The position numbers and the translations under genes were made by a program. This document shows, piece by piece, positions 61,647 to 64,000 of a stretch of DNA of 64,000 bases (position 1 is its first letter; the number at the start of each line of letters is the position of its first letter). Source of the stretch: an uncultured delta proteobacterium. GTDB lineage: Bacteria; Myxococcota_A; Polyangia; Palsa-1104. The DNA lies in assembly GCA_963785725.1 (NCBI GenBank), contig CAWAWS010000015.1, forward strand, positions 382,794 through 446,793, read 5' to 3'. The notes beneath the pieces were generated by a model. It was not told the DNA's origin, made no database searches, and was given only the letters and a program-made list of their open reading frames with translations.

Positions 61647-64000
61647 GGCTCGACGGCCAGCGGCGCCGCCAGCGCCTGACCGCGCGCTTCGTCGATGGCG
61701 CGCTCGAGCTTCTCCTCGAGCTCGATCGGCAGCACGTGGCCGGCGTCGGCGAGCGGCATCAGCTTGCCGAGCGCCTCACGACAGCGGGATCCGAGCGCAG
61801 CGCGCGCGACAGGCTCGACGGCCGCGCAGTCGGCAAAGCCTTCGCGATAGAATCGTCGCCACGCGAATTTCCCGCGTGGCGCGCTCGTTGCCGGCCGGGA
61901 AGAGGTCGGCCAGTTTGCGCAGGACGTCGACGGCCTGCTGCCAATGACGCTGCCGCACCAGCAGCTGCGCCGGCTTCTCGTGCTCGCGGCGTGACTCCGA
62001 CCGGCGTCGGCGCGAGCGCGATGGTCTGCTCGAGCAGGTGCACCGCCTCCTCCGCCGCGAGCGGGCGGGGGGGCGGCTGCGCCAAGCGCAACAGCCCCGC
62101 CCGTCGCCGCTCGCAATCGTCTCGGTCTCGAGATAGCGCGACAGGAGCACAATCGCCTCCTTCACGACCGGCCGGCACCGCCGCCAGCGGCTCGCCGAGC
62201 CGGCGCAGCGCGTCCGGCTGGCTCGGGATCGAGCGCGAGGACGGCGCGCAAGTCGAGCGGGCCGGTAGCAATCGCCCTCGTCCTCGAGCAGCTGCGAGCG
62301 TTCGACGAGGAGCGCGCGCGATCGGCCGCCTGGCGCGTCTAATGCGTGTACAGCTCGACCAGCGGACCGGGCGCCGACTCCTCCTTGTGCAGCGCCCGCA
62401 TGAGGTCGCGCGCTTGGTTGAAGGCCTGACCGTCGAGCGGCGTGCGATCGAGGACGGCGCGCCAGGCGGGAACCGCAGCCTCTTTGCGCGCGGGGGCGGG
62501 TTCGAACGCCAGCGCCGCCTCGCGAATAAATCGACACCGCGCGCTCGCCTTCGAGGATCTCGCCGCCTTTAGCGCGGTCGCGGCGGCGTAGCTCTTGTCG
62601 TCACCGCCGGCGCGGGCCAAGCGGCGCGCCAGCTCCAGCGCCGGCAGGTATTTGCCGTCGAGCTGAAGCGCAACGGACGACGCCTGCGCGGCTTCGGCGA
62701 GGCGACCTGACCGCCTCCAGCGACTGGGCGTGCTCGACGAGCCACTCGAGCTGCGCCGGGCCTTCCGCCAGCTTCCGCGCACCGAGCGCATCGGAATCGA
62801 CGACGACGTCGCACAACGCCACCAGCGCCGCCGAGTCCGACAGCCGTCAGCGCGTGCGCCTGGCGCAGCCGTTGAGTGCACTTTTGATCTGGGTCGCGCC
62901 CGAGTCGTCGCCGGAGGCCAGCGCCAACCAGACCCGCGCGGCGCGCCAGAGCCAACTGCAGCGCCGGATCGCCGGCGCGCTCGGCCAGCGCCGCCAACGC
63001 GTCGCCGGGGACAAGCGCCTGCTGCGCCTGCGCAGGCGGGCGCCGCCGCCGTGCGCCAGGGCCACTTCGCGCGCGGAATCGAGCGCCACGCTTCGGTGGC
63101 CAGCCGGGCGATGGCGTCTTTGATCGCCGGCGAGGCGGCCCGAGCTGGCTGCGCTCGTCGAGCAGGACGGCGCGCGCGGCGCCGTTGTCGTTCGTCGGAT
63201 ATTCGGCGCCGACGTAGCTGTCGAGGCGGCCGATGGCTTCGGCAATCGCGGGGAGGGCGCGCGCCCGCCGCGCCAGTGCGCGATTTGCCGAGCGCGGCGT
63301 GCGCCGTGGGCTGGCTTCGAGCGCGCGGATTGTAAGCGTCGTCGGCGCGCTCGGGGCTGCCCGAGGCCATCTTCGAACAGCTCGCCGAGCTGCACCAAGA
63401 GCTCGCCGCGAGGCTCGAGCGGCAGCGCCTCGGCCTCTTGCTCCATCGTCTCGGCGCGCGCGGCATGGGGCAGCCACTGCAGACGGCGAGGCGCCGCCGC
63501 CTGGCCAGGCGCGCGATGGGGGAGATCGCGATAGGCCTGCGCCGCGTCGCCGAAGTGGTGCCGCTCGCGCTCGTGAATTTCGCCCAGCTTCAAGAGCGCG
63601 TGGCTGATGCGCTCCCTGGCTCAGCAGACACTGCGCCTCGCGAGACGCGGCCAACGCCGAGGAATCGTCCCACGCCTGCGGCGACGGCGCCTCGTGCGGT
63701 CCCGAGTCCTTGGCGCGCCGCCGCGACAGCAACTCGAACGCCTGCGCCGCGCGCGCGTGGCGCCCGGCACAGGACGAGCACTTCACGATGCGCGGCCGCG
63801 GCGCCGACCGGGATCGTTTCAGCCGATGCTCGAGCAATCGGCGCAATCCGGGAGCACGTCGACGCGGCGCTCTTCGGGCGACGGCGCGGCCAGCTCGACC
63901 GGGATGCGTCGCTCGCCTCTTTGAGCTTCTGCGCGGCGCGATGCGAGATGGTAAGAGCCGCACGCGCAGCCGCACGTCGTCGGACAGCGAGGCAACGGTT
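61636..64000 (-). repeat. Inverted, indel-rich copy of ~59240-61608 (fold-back chimera)
   Basis: GTATAGGGCTCGACGGCCAGC at 61641 is the reverse complement of 61583-61603; minus-strand ORF fragments reproduce the TPR protein sequence with many frameshifts. Confidence 0.95.

Noticed and set aside
61598..63975. Second TPR paralog on the minus strand
   Set aside because: It is the error-laden reverse complement of the adjacent gene, not an independent locus.

Overview
High-GC bacterial chromosome segment, most likely Myxococcota (Polyangia-like). This is inferred from the multiple PilZ proteins, Hanks-type kinases including a kinase-STAND fusion, Cys-rich lipoproteins, a giant TPR protein and a squalene-epoxidase-like gene. 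Housekeeping content: pgk (partial), gap, nrdJ, hrpB, nadA, GH15-zwf-opcA-pgl, asnS, leuS and hutH/U/I. I found no rRNA, tRNA, CRISPR array, transposase or phage gene. The sequence looks like an error-prone long read or low-coverage contig: core genes (pgk, asnS, leuS) carry single-base frameshifts, and the last ~2.4 kb is a noisy inverted copy of ~59240-61608 (fold-back artefact). Best candidates for novelty: (1) a sigma54-driven, ~200-nt structured sRNA with C-run loops, architecturally like Pxr, at ~13115-13317; (2) an operon of two single-repeat 'half-TolC' proteins coupled to two PilZ proteins; (3) a zinc-motif-less M1-peptidase-like domain fused to an Omp85/BamA-type barrel; (4) a pervasive leaderless-mRNA promoter signature; (5) two small, highly basic proteins, one absent from the ORF track and one seen only as the tail of a longer ORF. 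All family calls come from motif recognition by eye, with no database search.
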